A stretch of 64,000 bases of DNA from Trichoplax adhaerens (lineage: Eukaryota; Animalia; Placozoa), in assembly GCF_000150275.1 (NCBI RefSeq), contig NW_002060947.1:3712980-3776979 (forward strand), read 5' to 3'. The notes under the pieces are model-generated. The model ran no database searches. It was not told the origin of the DNA and saw nothing but the letters and a program-made list of their open reading frames with translations. Shown piece after piece: positions 27,701-40,346 of this stretch. Numbering within the stretch: position 1 is the first letter of the stretch; the number at the start of each line of letters is the position of its first letter. A program made the position numbers and the translations under genes.

Positions 27701-30700
27701 CAATCCCTTTGTCAGTTTTCAGTGCGTGGATCACGTACGATAGAAAGATCCATGGCAAAGTTCTTGTTCACTTTTACTGTTCATGCAGATCGATGTGTTC
27801 GTGAATGAAGGGATAAAGAATTGCAAGTTCTGTAGCCACAGTACGTAACAGTATCGTAGTTAACGAATGCAATGCCCAACAAGTTGACGGATCAATGTGA
27901 CAAGGTTGATCAATTATATTTTATTTTAGTCTATTCGTGTGATGGATTACTATCGATTTTAGACTAGAGTATAACATCTTCAACAAATAGGGTTGATTTC
28001 TGCAAAATAGTTGGATTTAGTTTATTTATTTTATTTTTCTTTGGGTTATTTTTCAAGTTCAAAGCACGGCATGTTCAATGTGAGAGATCTCGATCTTGTA
28101 AAAGCCGATAAAGATGATGCAATATCCGCTTTCGTTCTTTACTGCGCATGTTTTCTTGCTTGCCAACTTCATTGTCATTAATTGAGAGAGACAATACATT
28201 TCTACAGTACGCAGTACAGTACAGTGCACTGTAGTCTGTTGAGAGAGATAAAAGAAAACTTTTTATACGTTACTCTAAACATCGCTCTGAACAAGACTAG
28301 CTGTAGCAGTACAGTACACGTACGTGACGACAACGACTGTCATGAACTTCTAGAGGCGTCTGGAAGTCCGTGACACTGTGCACTGTAAAATTAGAATACC
28401 AAATACTGTAGCTGATGAAAGTTGAATGAATGCAACAATAAAATCCTACAGTACTGTACTGTATTCAAGAGCTTCTTGCACCAGTACAGTACACGTACAG
28501 TACTGTACAGTACGTGACTACAACGACTGTCATGAATTTCTAGAGGTATCTGGAAGTCCGTAACACTATGCACTGTAAAACTAGAATACCAAATACTGTA
28601 GCTGATGAAAGCTGAATGAATGCAACAATAAAATCCTACAGTACTGTGTACTGTATTCAAGAGCTTCTTACTATATTGTACTGTAGTTCACCAAGAATAT
28701 ACTGTGGGAGTGTATATCAATGACGCAACATCGACCATTTCTATCACTTTAAATCAGAAAATTCTCCTAGCAAATTTGTAGACTAAAGAAAGATACGTTT
28801 AACTTGCGACATTGTACCAAACTCATTTTACACTGAAGAATCAGTATTAATTGTCATGTAAAGCTCGTTCAGTAGATCGAGTTGGCTGGTGTTAGTTATC
28901 GTAGACAAGTATGCTCTACAATTTGAAATTATTTTATTGTTAATTTAGCATAGTGTACTAGATAAGAAATTATCGAGAGTAAAAATGATCAAATTGTTGT
29001 TATCTTCTACTATTCACTATTAATATGCTTATTATCACCTTTTGTTGTCATAGATTGAAGTGTATAAAACCATGGAGGAATCGGTAATTTATTGTTTTTC
29101 TGCTTATTTTACCCAATATAGAAAAAATATTGTAGCTAGACTTTTACCCCTAAATAAGTTTGCAATTATAAAATAACATGATAGCAAATAGTTTCCTTGA
29201 TAATCTCCTCGACATGTAATATGAATTCTTGGCCTTGCTCTACTTATGCATCTTATATAGGTTCAAAATCTTTTTATTGAATCCTACCTTACTACTGGTA
29301 GGATTACCAACATTGCAAGGGTAATGTCTTGTCATCCGAAATATATGAAAATATTCCAGGAAACTCATAATCAGTTGTTTTATGGCCCTGGACTATTACC
29401 TCATCATTGGAGGCATTACATTGCTATATTGGTAAGGAAGGGCAGGCCTATCAAAGGAATCAAGCCTAATAATTTAGTTTACAATAATATGCTTATCACC
29501 ATTTCAACTACATAAACTGCTTCAGAATTCAATCTATGCACAATGATACAACTAGAAGTGAATAATTAGGACATTCTCTGATATAGCTTTTAAATACATT
29601 TCTTATATGAATATTTTGATAGGCCGCTAGTAGGCATAACTGCTTGTATATGATGCAGTTACACGCGGAAGCGTTTCGATTATACCAGAGAGATATCCAC
29701 TGGTTGAAAGGATTAAGCAATGCTTCGCAAAAATTGATCAATTTCGAGGATTTACTCAATCGTCTGACTTATCAACCATGGACAATACAAAAAGAGCACA
29801 TCGATGTATGCAGCAAAATTACTACTTGAAAAATAATAAATAATCTATATAATCAATCACTACTCCCAATATGAGTATAGACAAGATTATTATTTTTAAT
29901 TTTAACAGGAGCTTGTAGTAGGGGAAAGTGCTTGGTCTATTTCCGAATTGGTACAGGCTGTTGTTATTGTTAGTCATGTAGTGTCAGTGGTAGGATTTTA
30001 TTACGGATGTGGAATACATGATGAAATTGACTTCAAGGATGGACATACGTATTCTGAAATGGCTGCTAATGGAAAGAATGATGAGGATAATTTAGTTCAT
30101 GCAATGAATCAAACCAAGAAAAAGCTAGATATAACTGATGAAGAAAAACGTCAAAAATTACTTGCAGTCATGTCGGAATATAAAAGTTTACAAGAACGTC
30201 ATGAATTACTATCTGAAGATAAAGTGCTAGAAGAAATTGAACTTTTCTTTCGACAAGAAAGTTAGTTTTTTAGGATTGATATTTATTTGGCGTATAATAA
30301 TAATTAATTAATTATTCGTATCGCTACCGTACACAAATGATAACATAATTATAGATTGATTATTAAAATTGTTATGGATGCATAAAATTACTAGTAGAAT
30401 TATTCATTATTTTAATCGCGCTTTTTAAATTCTCTATTGTAGAAAATTTTAACGTAACCAGATATTTCTAAATACTTTCATATTAAAAGCATGTATTTGG
30501 TAATACTCAAATGTTGTTCATACATTTTTCATAGCTGACCATTTGGCCGACGAATCAGAAATAGAGGATACCAAAATTTCTATAATTGATAACTTTATGG
30601 ACAACAGATCTATTGAACAATCGACCGATTTTGCCAAATTAAGTTTAGAAGATAGACAACAGATGGCATTACGCACTCAAGTACGTATCAGGCTATATCT

Positions 30701-31456
30701 CAAATGTAATTAAAAAAAATATTTCATCAACTTAAATTTTTATAATCTTGCATTATCTATTTAACAGGAGTTTTCTTGGGAAGATCAAGGATTTTCTGTA
30801 GTTAGTCGATACTATAACGATATTATCGAATTACTGGATGAAAAATTTCGAATAATCTATAATTTAACTTATAACAAGTAAGACGATGCAATTATCAAGT
30901 GACTACCAGCTTTGCTATTATAGATAATGATTTTATAAACTCTTTTATTGCAGAATGGGTGATACTACTAATACAGACACAAAAGTATTGAGAACAGCAG
31001 TCTGGAATTATATTCAAATGATGAAAGGCGTATGGGATGACTATCTCTATACATCCATTAACAAACTAGTTGCAACAGACTTCAAGCAGTATATTAAAAT
31101 GGTATGAATTCGCTATTGAATGGGAAATAATTGTTACCATTGCTATCATATTAATCTCTCGAATTGGTATACAGGTTGCATGCAAACCGGAAAAGACTTC
31201 CCAATACTTATTTCACTCCGGTGTTTATTTATATAATGGGTCCGAACAGGTAATTTTATCCTTGATATATTGAAAAATATCGCTCAAATATTGTATCCTA
31301 CTTAAAATATAGCCACTAGACAGTATTTACCTTGCTTAATTGATAGTCATTATGTTCAAATTGTAGGTCCATCTAAATCTGCTATTCCTGGAATCTCGAA
31401 ATCAAGCACAACTCCTACACGCTTTACGCGCAATTATGCAGCATTCGCTTGCGTGA
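24712..31456 (+). CDS. SESN: Sestrin (PA26 family), ~11 exons
   Basis: [16 protein letters not shown]...[25 protein letters not shown] (catalytic Cys, equivalent to human SESN2 C125)...[11 protein letters not shown]...[15 protein letters not shown]...GCGI; [15 protein letters not shown]...[15 protein letters not shown]; [10 protein letters not shown]...DDY; VACKPEK...[26 protein letters not shown]. The start is ATG 24712 or 24718 and the stop is TGA 31456. Introns 1 and 2 are long (~1.5 and ~2.5 kb). Confidence 0.93.
28321..28669. repeat. Tandem duplication (~158-bp unit, 190-bp period) in Sestrin intron 2
   Basis: tacgtgac(g/t)acaacgactgtcatgaa...tattcaagagcttctt occurs at 28321-28478 and 28511-28669 with few substitutions. 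The copies are separated and flanked by GTACW runs. Confidence 0.92.
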
Positions 31457-32827
31457 TGCAATGAGTGAGATGAATATAATTTTTGTCATAAAAGAAAAAA
31501 ATCATAGCTACTTCTTGAATGGCTAGTCGATAATTTTGCAGGAGTCACTGACTACACCACAGTAGTAATATCTTTAAAAAAAAATAAATACGATACTACT
31601 GTAATTTGGTATTTTGTCAATGCTTCTCCTCCCAAAAATTTACGTACAAATTTAACTTTTGTATGGCATAGTAATTACATTCTTTCAGCATGTATCTTTA
31701 AATACAATCTAATTTAAAATATTTTCACGTAACCTGAAAAATTGTATGATTTCAATTTATGATAGATACCTAGTATCTGTTATACCTTAAATTCTTTCTA
31801 ATTCCAGAGATTCAAGAAAATTATTTTTAAGCTAATGTCTCCGTGCTATTAATAACAATCATTATGCTATAATTGTATTATTTTGGAAAATAATACAATA
31901 GATGCGTTTCACTGCATTGACAATCTTATAATTTAAGATTTGAAATTGCTTTACTGCATTAATAGGAGTGAATTGGATGATATTAAAATCTCATAAATAG
32001 TTGACGAAAAACAAGTAACTGACTTGAAGAATAAAATTTGTAACCTAAATATACTTTCTTATAACAAAACTTATATATGTGCGAGCCGTTGCTCCTAAGT
32101 GAATAAGTACTTCTTATTATCTGTAGTTAAAAAAGGGGGCACTCTTAGAGCGTATTCGATACCGCTATGCATAGTAGTCTATGAAGGCATTACTATGATT
32201 TCAGATTACATAAAAATAATACAATAATAATAATTGGGTGCTTCATCTAAGAAGGATATTGTTATTAATCGATGTTAACTTGGCTTTATTAACTGCCAGA
32301 GTATTTATATGCCGTACTTACTTTCTCGAGTGTGCACCGTAAAACTCACATTTAAGAACTACTATAAACTATTATTATTAATTACTATTTATGACCCTTT
32401 CATGCAATTTAAATGCAAGATATTATCACAAAGAATAGATAGGCTTTATTACTATCACATGATATTTGATGTATTAAATTAAAATACTTGATATGTTAAC
32501 GCCTGCCCAAAACATTACAAAAAAATGTTATCAGCATTTGCATTAAAAAATGCCATATTACTATTACTATTACCTTCTACGTTAATTTTCATTATGGTTA
32601 TACGAAAAGGCACCTCGATACCGTAACGAGTTATGATTCACTACGCTTTAAAATAAAAGTACATTGCAATATATTATGACCGTTAAGTCAATTAACGTAT
32701 TTGTACGTAAACAGAAATTAGGTAATACAATTCTGTTTATAGTACTAGTCAGAACTATGCAAATGCTGGCGACAATGTAATACTTGCATAGTTTTTATAA
32801 GTCTGACAATTGTCAAAGATATACGGC

Positions 32828-35800
32828 CTATGGTGTCAGGCGTTTTGGATCACGCGGGAACATCGAAGTCTTCCGGATATTATCCAATCCAAGATATAAC
32901 ATCAGCACGCGTTCCATTCCTAATGTTAGGAGATAAATTAATAAATATAGCGCAATAAAATTTTTCAACATAGTACGTAAATGTTGCTAACCTATACCAC
33001 CACCAGCATGAGGGAAACAACCAAATTTGAAGGAATCAATGTAAGCCTTAATTTTTTCCAAGTCTAAGTGAAATACACGGTACGATGTATATGACTAACT
33101 GAAATTGTCATAGTGGGGACTAAATTACCTTTCTAGTCAAGCATAATAAAAATCGTAATGCCTTACCAACACTATGGAGTTTAGCCCTTTCTGTTAAAAA
33201 TTCGGGATCGTGTATTCGCTGAGCACCCGATAAGATCTCTTCGCCCCTCATGAACATATCATACGAATTTGATTGTTTCTATAGTAACGATCATACCGAG
33301 TATCACATGATTGTAATATTAAACTTCATCATAAGAACAATAGTTAGGAAAACTTACAGGATTATTTGGATCCGGCATAGTATAAAATGGCCTAACTGCC
33401 AAAGGATACTTGTCAAGCATATAAAAATCTGTTCCATACTAAATACATAAGTCAAGTAAAGTATTATTATCAGAAAAAATTATGATTAGAATCGTAAGCA
33501 ACGCCACAATTGGTTAGGTTACCTTAGCCTTCACCAGCTTTCCAAGGAATTTCTCATTAGGAGTGCTATTGTTAATGTTAGACATCAGTACATTGATGAT
33601 TTGTTAAAGAACAACACACAATTTAATCAACGATCTTTATTAGTGATGTTGATTAAAAAACAACGAATATGTGTTCTTATATACTGTATTACGAATAGTA
33701 TCAGTTAACTGCCTTTAAGTATCACGGTGAGAAGAATTGCAAAGTTTAAGCAAAATCTTCATATACTAATGCTAGATTTACCTCAAATCATCTTCATCAC
33801 CTATTTCTACGCCATTCTCGCGGAGCATAGAAACAGCTTCAGGAAATTCCAATCGGAGGCTAAGAATGATTATTTGTAATAAATAAAATCTTTTTCAGCC
33901 ACGGTACAAAATATACTTCTTGATAATTAAATTTGTAGAGTTAAATTTATTACACAAATACTCACGTCGGCTCAATAAATTGAAAAGGCTCAGCAGGAAA
34001 TTGCTTCATTACTACAGCTATTTCTTCAGCGAAACTAAAACGAAGTCATAATTTATACTTTAATTGTACTGCAGTGGAATGTAATTATAACTATTTTCAA
34101 GTAATTCTTTCAACTTACTTGTCTCTTAAACCTTTAAATATAGAGATAAATAATTCACCGATGGTTTCTAATACCTAAACATCAGGTATTATTCGGTGTA
34201 ACGATGATATTAAAATGAAAGTTAACGTCTGGAGTTCCCAACATATAACAATGCTAGATACACCATACCTCATGATAATGTTCGTAGAAAGCCATTTCCA
34301 AGTCCAAACCAACAAATTCGCATAAATGTCTGTGAGTATTAGAATCTTCCGCTCTGAAGACTCCTCCTACAGTAAAGACTCTGTCAAAGTCTCCTGCAAT
34401 TGCCATTTGTTTGTATAGCTGGGGTGATTGTGCTAAATAAGCCTTTCCTACGCAACAAATTTTCCTATGTTACACCGAAATGTTTAAATAGGAAATGCCT
34501 TTTAGTTACTCCTTACCTTTAAAGTAAGATACTTCAAAAACATTTGCACCGCCTTCACTGGCAGCTAGTGGGAAAAATATACACATTAAAGAATTGCATT
34601 TAATAATAATTTAAAGATATTGAGAAATATCTATTGTAGTTATTAATAATTAATCAATTCACAAACCGGAAATGATTTTTGGAGTATGAATTTCAACAAA
34701 TCCCTTAGAAGTTAAATGATCGCGAAATAGTTTGCATAAAGCTGCTTCAAGCTTGAAGAGAGCTTGATTAGTTGGTGTCTAAAACCGTAAGCAGGAATAG
34801 TACAAAGTTATCTATTTAGCTAATTGTCTACATAATTTAAATTAATAAAATTTCTTATAACTGTACCCGTAAATCGATTATACGGTTATCAAGACGAGTA
34901 TCTTGATTGACATGAGCCAAAGAACTATCCTAAAATCAATTATATTAAAGATTTTGTTGCTATTAAGAAAAACAGTACTATCAATGTTATTTGTCACTTA
35001 TGTAGGAGCAGTAGTTAGTATCAAATGTTCTAAATAGAGAAAAATTTAAATTTTAAGGTTTTGTTAGAATACCTCAGAAGATTGGTCAACACTTCTAGAA
35101 GCATCATCAATTTGTAATGGCAATCTAGGAGCGGCAAGACTTGCAACAAACAACTAAAATAGCCAAATATATAAGGACAAATCAGTTGCAGGATGTAACT
35201 AATACAGGTAAATAATTATAACTTGTATAAATAAAGAATACGTATGTACGAGTATTCTCTCAAACCGTTACCTTATTGATATGTAATTCAACATCTTGTT
35301 GACTGCATGCTTCAATCTTAGTTGTAACTGCCTTGACGATACCTTCGACATCGACAACAGACTCTTTGTTTACACTGGTTAATAAGCAAAGTAATACATG
35401 CAATCAGTTAAGCAATAAAAATGTGGTGCAATAACATGACAAAGTAAAATGATACAATTTTGAACATGCTCATAGGATAGATTAATAAAAGCAAATAATT
35501 ACTTCGATGCGAATTTAACCATGGCTTTGCTGACAGTTTCACTAACTGCTGCAATACCTTGAATACTGTAACTTTGTTGCCTTAAAACTAAGAAACATTG
35601 TTTTCCTATAATAGTGTAATATAAGTTATGATGGTTAATAATTATTAGAATAATAACGTGTATTATAAATAAATTTTTCGTAATTGTCCATAAATATAGA
35701 CCTTTGCCACGGCTGTTATGTAATCTAGCTCGAAGAAGCACAGATTGTCCCGCCACTTTTTCATTCAAATCGCGAATCTTGGACCATTTGCGACCTGTAC

Positions 35801-38767
35801 AAAAATGTCGAATTTTGTCCAGATACTTAAAAAGTTTGGAACTAAGTTTGATAACATTACTTTCATCTTACATTATTCTGCGTCTCTTGTGAATATTATA
35901 TCATATCAAGGTACACAGTGCGATACATGGAACATACTTGGCAACATGATTGGTGTAAAATGTGATATGAGAACGTAGCTATAACTATATGAACTTAGTT
36001 CTATTTGTAGTCGTAAAAAAATATATACAGTGTTGCAAGATCTGTACAATAGTGCTAAGAGGTAGTACCTGTTTTCTCTGTCGACTGTATTAACTTCATG
36101 ATCCCATAATTGTCTTTAGAAACATCCTAAGAGAAATAGGCGAGTAACAATGGGACACACAATTAAGATAAGCTATCAGATATCGATAAATCCTGTAGCA
36201 ATTTGTCGTAATTATAATTATCTAACACACGACTGATTAAGGCAATTTAACTGCTTAATAACTTAAAGAAATGACGCTAGGCTGGCATAAAAGCATAAGG
36301 GTTTAAATAGGGTTGTAGTAATACCAATTTCAACGTTTCACTTGCACTAGGTACAGTATTGTCGTTATCATGTTTAGTGATTTATCTCTGTTGCGGCTAA
36401 TATCGGCAGTAAAATACGGACTACCGGTACTATTGGTACTACTTGGATAAATTCGGTGTAATACAGCGAATACCAATAATAACTGTCTAATATTCATATA
36501 AATTGATAATCCTGCTAAAGTAAATAGCTGTATCATCTCTATATTACTATCAATAAATATGAACACAATATGTGAAATAAGGACTGCAAAAATAGAATTA
36601 ATGAGCGGAAATCTTTCCTTTGTATCAGATAGTATTAAAATCTATCATTTATAACTGTTACTAATCACTACTCCGTTGAAGTTTGTTACAAAACATGAAG
36701 TGCTACAGTACATACCTCTGCATCTGCTTCGGCTGCTTCAGCACCCTGTAGAGATAAAATATCAGTAATGAGCGCAAAATCATTATGCACCAACATTTTT
36801 TCTGCGTTTTAAAGTATACAGTAGCAAAACTTCACGTGCTATCAGCTTGCAACAGAATTAGTTATAGCAACTAACAAATACTGTTACTTTAGAAATAGAT
36901 GAATTAAGTAATATTTTCATTGTCTCACTCGTTATTACAATACCGGTAATGTACGCATATATATTTTTGATACTCTTCATTATGTTACTGATATAGATCT
37001 AGGCTAGAATTTTTACACTTGGACACTTGCATGTTAGATAGGATAATGATTTACCTTCCTAGCTGCTTCTGCTTCAGCTTTTCTTCGTTGTTTTTCCTTT
37101 TCCTTTTCTAGCTTTTTGAGAGCGTTCTTGGATAAAGGTTGATCACCAGATCTATTGTATCGAAAGTATTAGGAAAAATATATACGGGTCAATTTTATTA
37201 TTCTTTTGTACGTTTTTTTCCTATCTACAGCCTTCCCACATTTAAAATACCAACCGATTTAACATACTGTACTCATATATACTATATCAACGTCCGAAAT
37301 GTTATCGCTACTAGTAACAATAGTCTCTATGCGTTAGATTAGCTATAATCATGATCAGTAGATGATTGAAATAATTGCAGAACTCGTATGCTTGAGCGCA
37401 GTTTACGCGTACATGTATGAAAACGAATATCGCACAATCTCTCTGCAGCCAATTAATTATAGTGCATCCAAAAGCTTTATATTAACGTAAGTATTAGGAT
37501 GGCAAAGGAAATGAAATCTTTGTAGCGTCCTTTTAGCATTAATGGTTTCAGATACGTACAATAATACGTGTTCTACAGTTGTTATCTGGAAGATATTACC
37601 ATTCTACTTCTAGTACTTATACTTTCACAGTCTCATGCTGCATTATGCATACTGTGGTCGTCGTCTGATTAGGAATTTTCATTAAAGGAAATATCAATCC
37701 AATTGAAACATAGATTGCATACAATATTCGTACAAATAGTATATAAAACTGGCTAGAATGTATATTTTACTGTCGTAAAGCATAACAATAATTAATTAAT
37801 TACTGTAATGAGGCATTTATACTATACAGTAATACTAAACTTGCTTATAAATTAAAACTGAGAAATAACTAATTATCCATAGGAAAGAAAGAGTATCAGA
37901 TGATCAGATTTGTAGTACAGTCCTCGAAAGTACTGCATTATCTGCGCTCCTTTTTTTTTCTGTCGATAAGTAGTCCAATTTTTCAATCTACATATCACTA
38001 CGCTATAGCATTAATTCAATGTCTAAAATAGCAAATAATTCCTCTAGGATTATCTATATCATCTTTGACGATGCAACGGGCATCGATAATGGGATATGAA
38101 TGGATTGCTACTGAATTAGTATTGAACTAACTGATTGCACAGTAGCCAGGATTGTCTAATCAGAGATAACCAATTATACGAGTCATTATTATTACTGTTT
38201 ACTGTTCTGTTTAATCGATGATTACAGTATACTAGTCATAATTTTTGATTCTACTATTATTAAGGGAATGGATGGTTGGAGAAATGATCCAACTACGCTA
38301 CAATCTCATTTCTAGCGTTTATGATAAATTACTTAATATCGCAATCATCGGTATACGTCGATAATGGAGAATTAATGAAGAATCATAGCATCATCTTGAC
38401 ACCAATCATTAGGGAATACTATGCTTGTTATCTCTTTATTTTACATCATCATTCTACGACTGATATAGTGGTGCTGTAAGATTTACAGAAAACTTCTCTT
38501 ATAGACTGTACAAATACTGAAACTATACCAAAAAAGATCAGCAAGGATTTGCCGATAGCTTAAGAATAGCTGCATAAAGCCATCACATTTAATAAGCTGC
38601 ATTCATTAATACTAGAAGTCTATCATATCAATGCTAGAAACTGAATATTTGGTAGACTTTCAACAAACGCTAAGCTAGGATGAAAGTAGGATCTGTTTCT
38701 TGATCAAGATATAATTTCACTATACATACCCAGATGCTGAGTTATTTGCTTTTTGTGTATCTGCCAT
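32828..38767 (-). CDS. DARS1: Aspartate--tRNA ligase, cytoplasmic, multi-exon
   Basis: [29 protein letters not shown]...; [24 protein letters not shown]; [10 protein letters not shown]; [14 protein letters not shown]; [15 protein letters not shown]; motif 2 [23 protein letters not shown]; [16 protein letters not shown]; [20 protein letters not shown]; motif 3 [30 protein letters not shown] (TAG 32828). Confidence 0.97.
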
Positions 38768-40346
38768 AGCTCTTATGATGATCGATAGAAAAATCTTCCG
38801 TCTTGCGAGTAGAGTTCACCAATTTTCCAATTTTTTTCCTGATTTATAGGCAGCGAGGGATTAACTTCCTCTTCTCACGGTACGGAATAGCATCCAAAGT
38901 GAAAAATACAAAAAGTGATCAGGACGTACAGTACTCAAAGCAGCCTCTTCTTAATAGAGGATGATATCACTAATTATTGCCAAAGTGCGTCTAATATGGA
39001 GTAGACTGCAGCCTTGGTACGCTGGATCGCGTGCTACCATAGACTCCTAGGTGGGCACTGTCGACAGGCAGTATCGTTGTTATGGAAATGAGCGAGTCGT
39101 CAGTCTAAAAAAAAGGAGAGATCGCTGAATAACAGTATTGAGTACGGAACTGAATCAGAGTGAGTACTGTACTCTGTAAAGGAGATCGCTAGGTTGCTGA
39201 AAAGCGAAATGCCATTGCAAATAGTTTAGTATTCTTACTATACTTGTACTCAATCGGTCAAAGTATTATCCTATCGGTTATACTCTGCTGCAATATTGTA
39301 GTTTCTTCGGTGTTTTTTGTAATTAATTGAACTTAAAAACCTCATAACATCACCCGAAGTTGACCAGAAAATTGTAACCGTAGGAATAGAGTTTGTTACA
39401 GCTATACTGTACGCAAAATTTATAAACTACGTTAAGTTGTGCAGATAATTAAAGATGAAAGATATCAATATTTTAAAATGCAGTACAGTAATATCTCTTA
39501 TAACTTTATAACTTACCAACTACGGTAATTCTAAAAATTACTAAACTTACACTACAGCATCAGTTACTAAATACGCGTAGTGCAACTTCAGTAGATATGT
39601 GATTCACAACGCATAAAGAGATCACCAACGATTCAAGCTCCATCAAGAAACTAAAGGATAGCACAGGCAAACGCATCTAGAAGCGACAATGCGCGACTAA
39701 TTCGATGGCAGTGAACAATCATCATCAATTTTCAAACAGCAATAACACTCAAATCAAACAAGAATATCTACCTTTTAATAATAATTGTAAAAAATTGCTC
39801 AATTATAAATACCACATACGTAGATATTACACGTATTTGTTATTAAAAAATATCGAAATAGAGATTAATGTAACCATGGTAGACAATATTATGACCCTTC
39901 TAACGCTACAATCTGGCATGTGTCTCTTTATCGATTCAGTCTCAAACTATAAGACAATTACGAAACCTAGGATGAAGTACTTATACAAATACTTTTTACC
40001 CGATAGTCAAATATACGTATAATAATATTCATTAACTGTACATTCGAGTCTTACATAAATCTATCGTTAATGGAGATTTCAGATGTATAAATATTTATAT
40101 ATTATTACAGTATAATACAAGCTACTGCGGTTGGTTATAGCCTGACGTAGTTGATAAACTGTGCCAAGTTAGCATAATATGTGATAAGATATCCATAAAT
40201 CAGAAACCGATCTTGATATCTGCAGGATTCCCGGCAGCACTATTCCTTCACATACATTAATTAACTTTAGTATAAAATTAGTTATCCCGTAAGAATTTTC
40301 ATGACTTATGTATATATATATATATGCATATACGATAATTCGTGCT

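Noticed and set aside
28404-28452. Hammerhead-like ACTGTAG-CTGATGA...CTACAGT in the duplicated unit
   Set aside because: It has CUGAUGA and a closing stem but lacks the GAAA and stem III/UH core. The stem is explained by the TACAG/CTGTA repeat.
31454-31510. Selenocysteine/readthrough at the Sestrin TGA
   Set aside because: The stop falls at the normal family C-terminus, a second TGA follows four codons later, and no SECIS was recognised.
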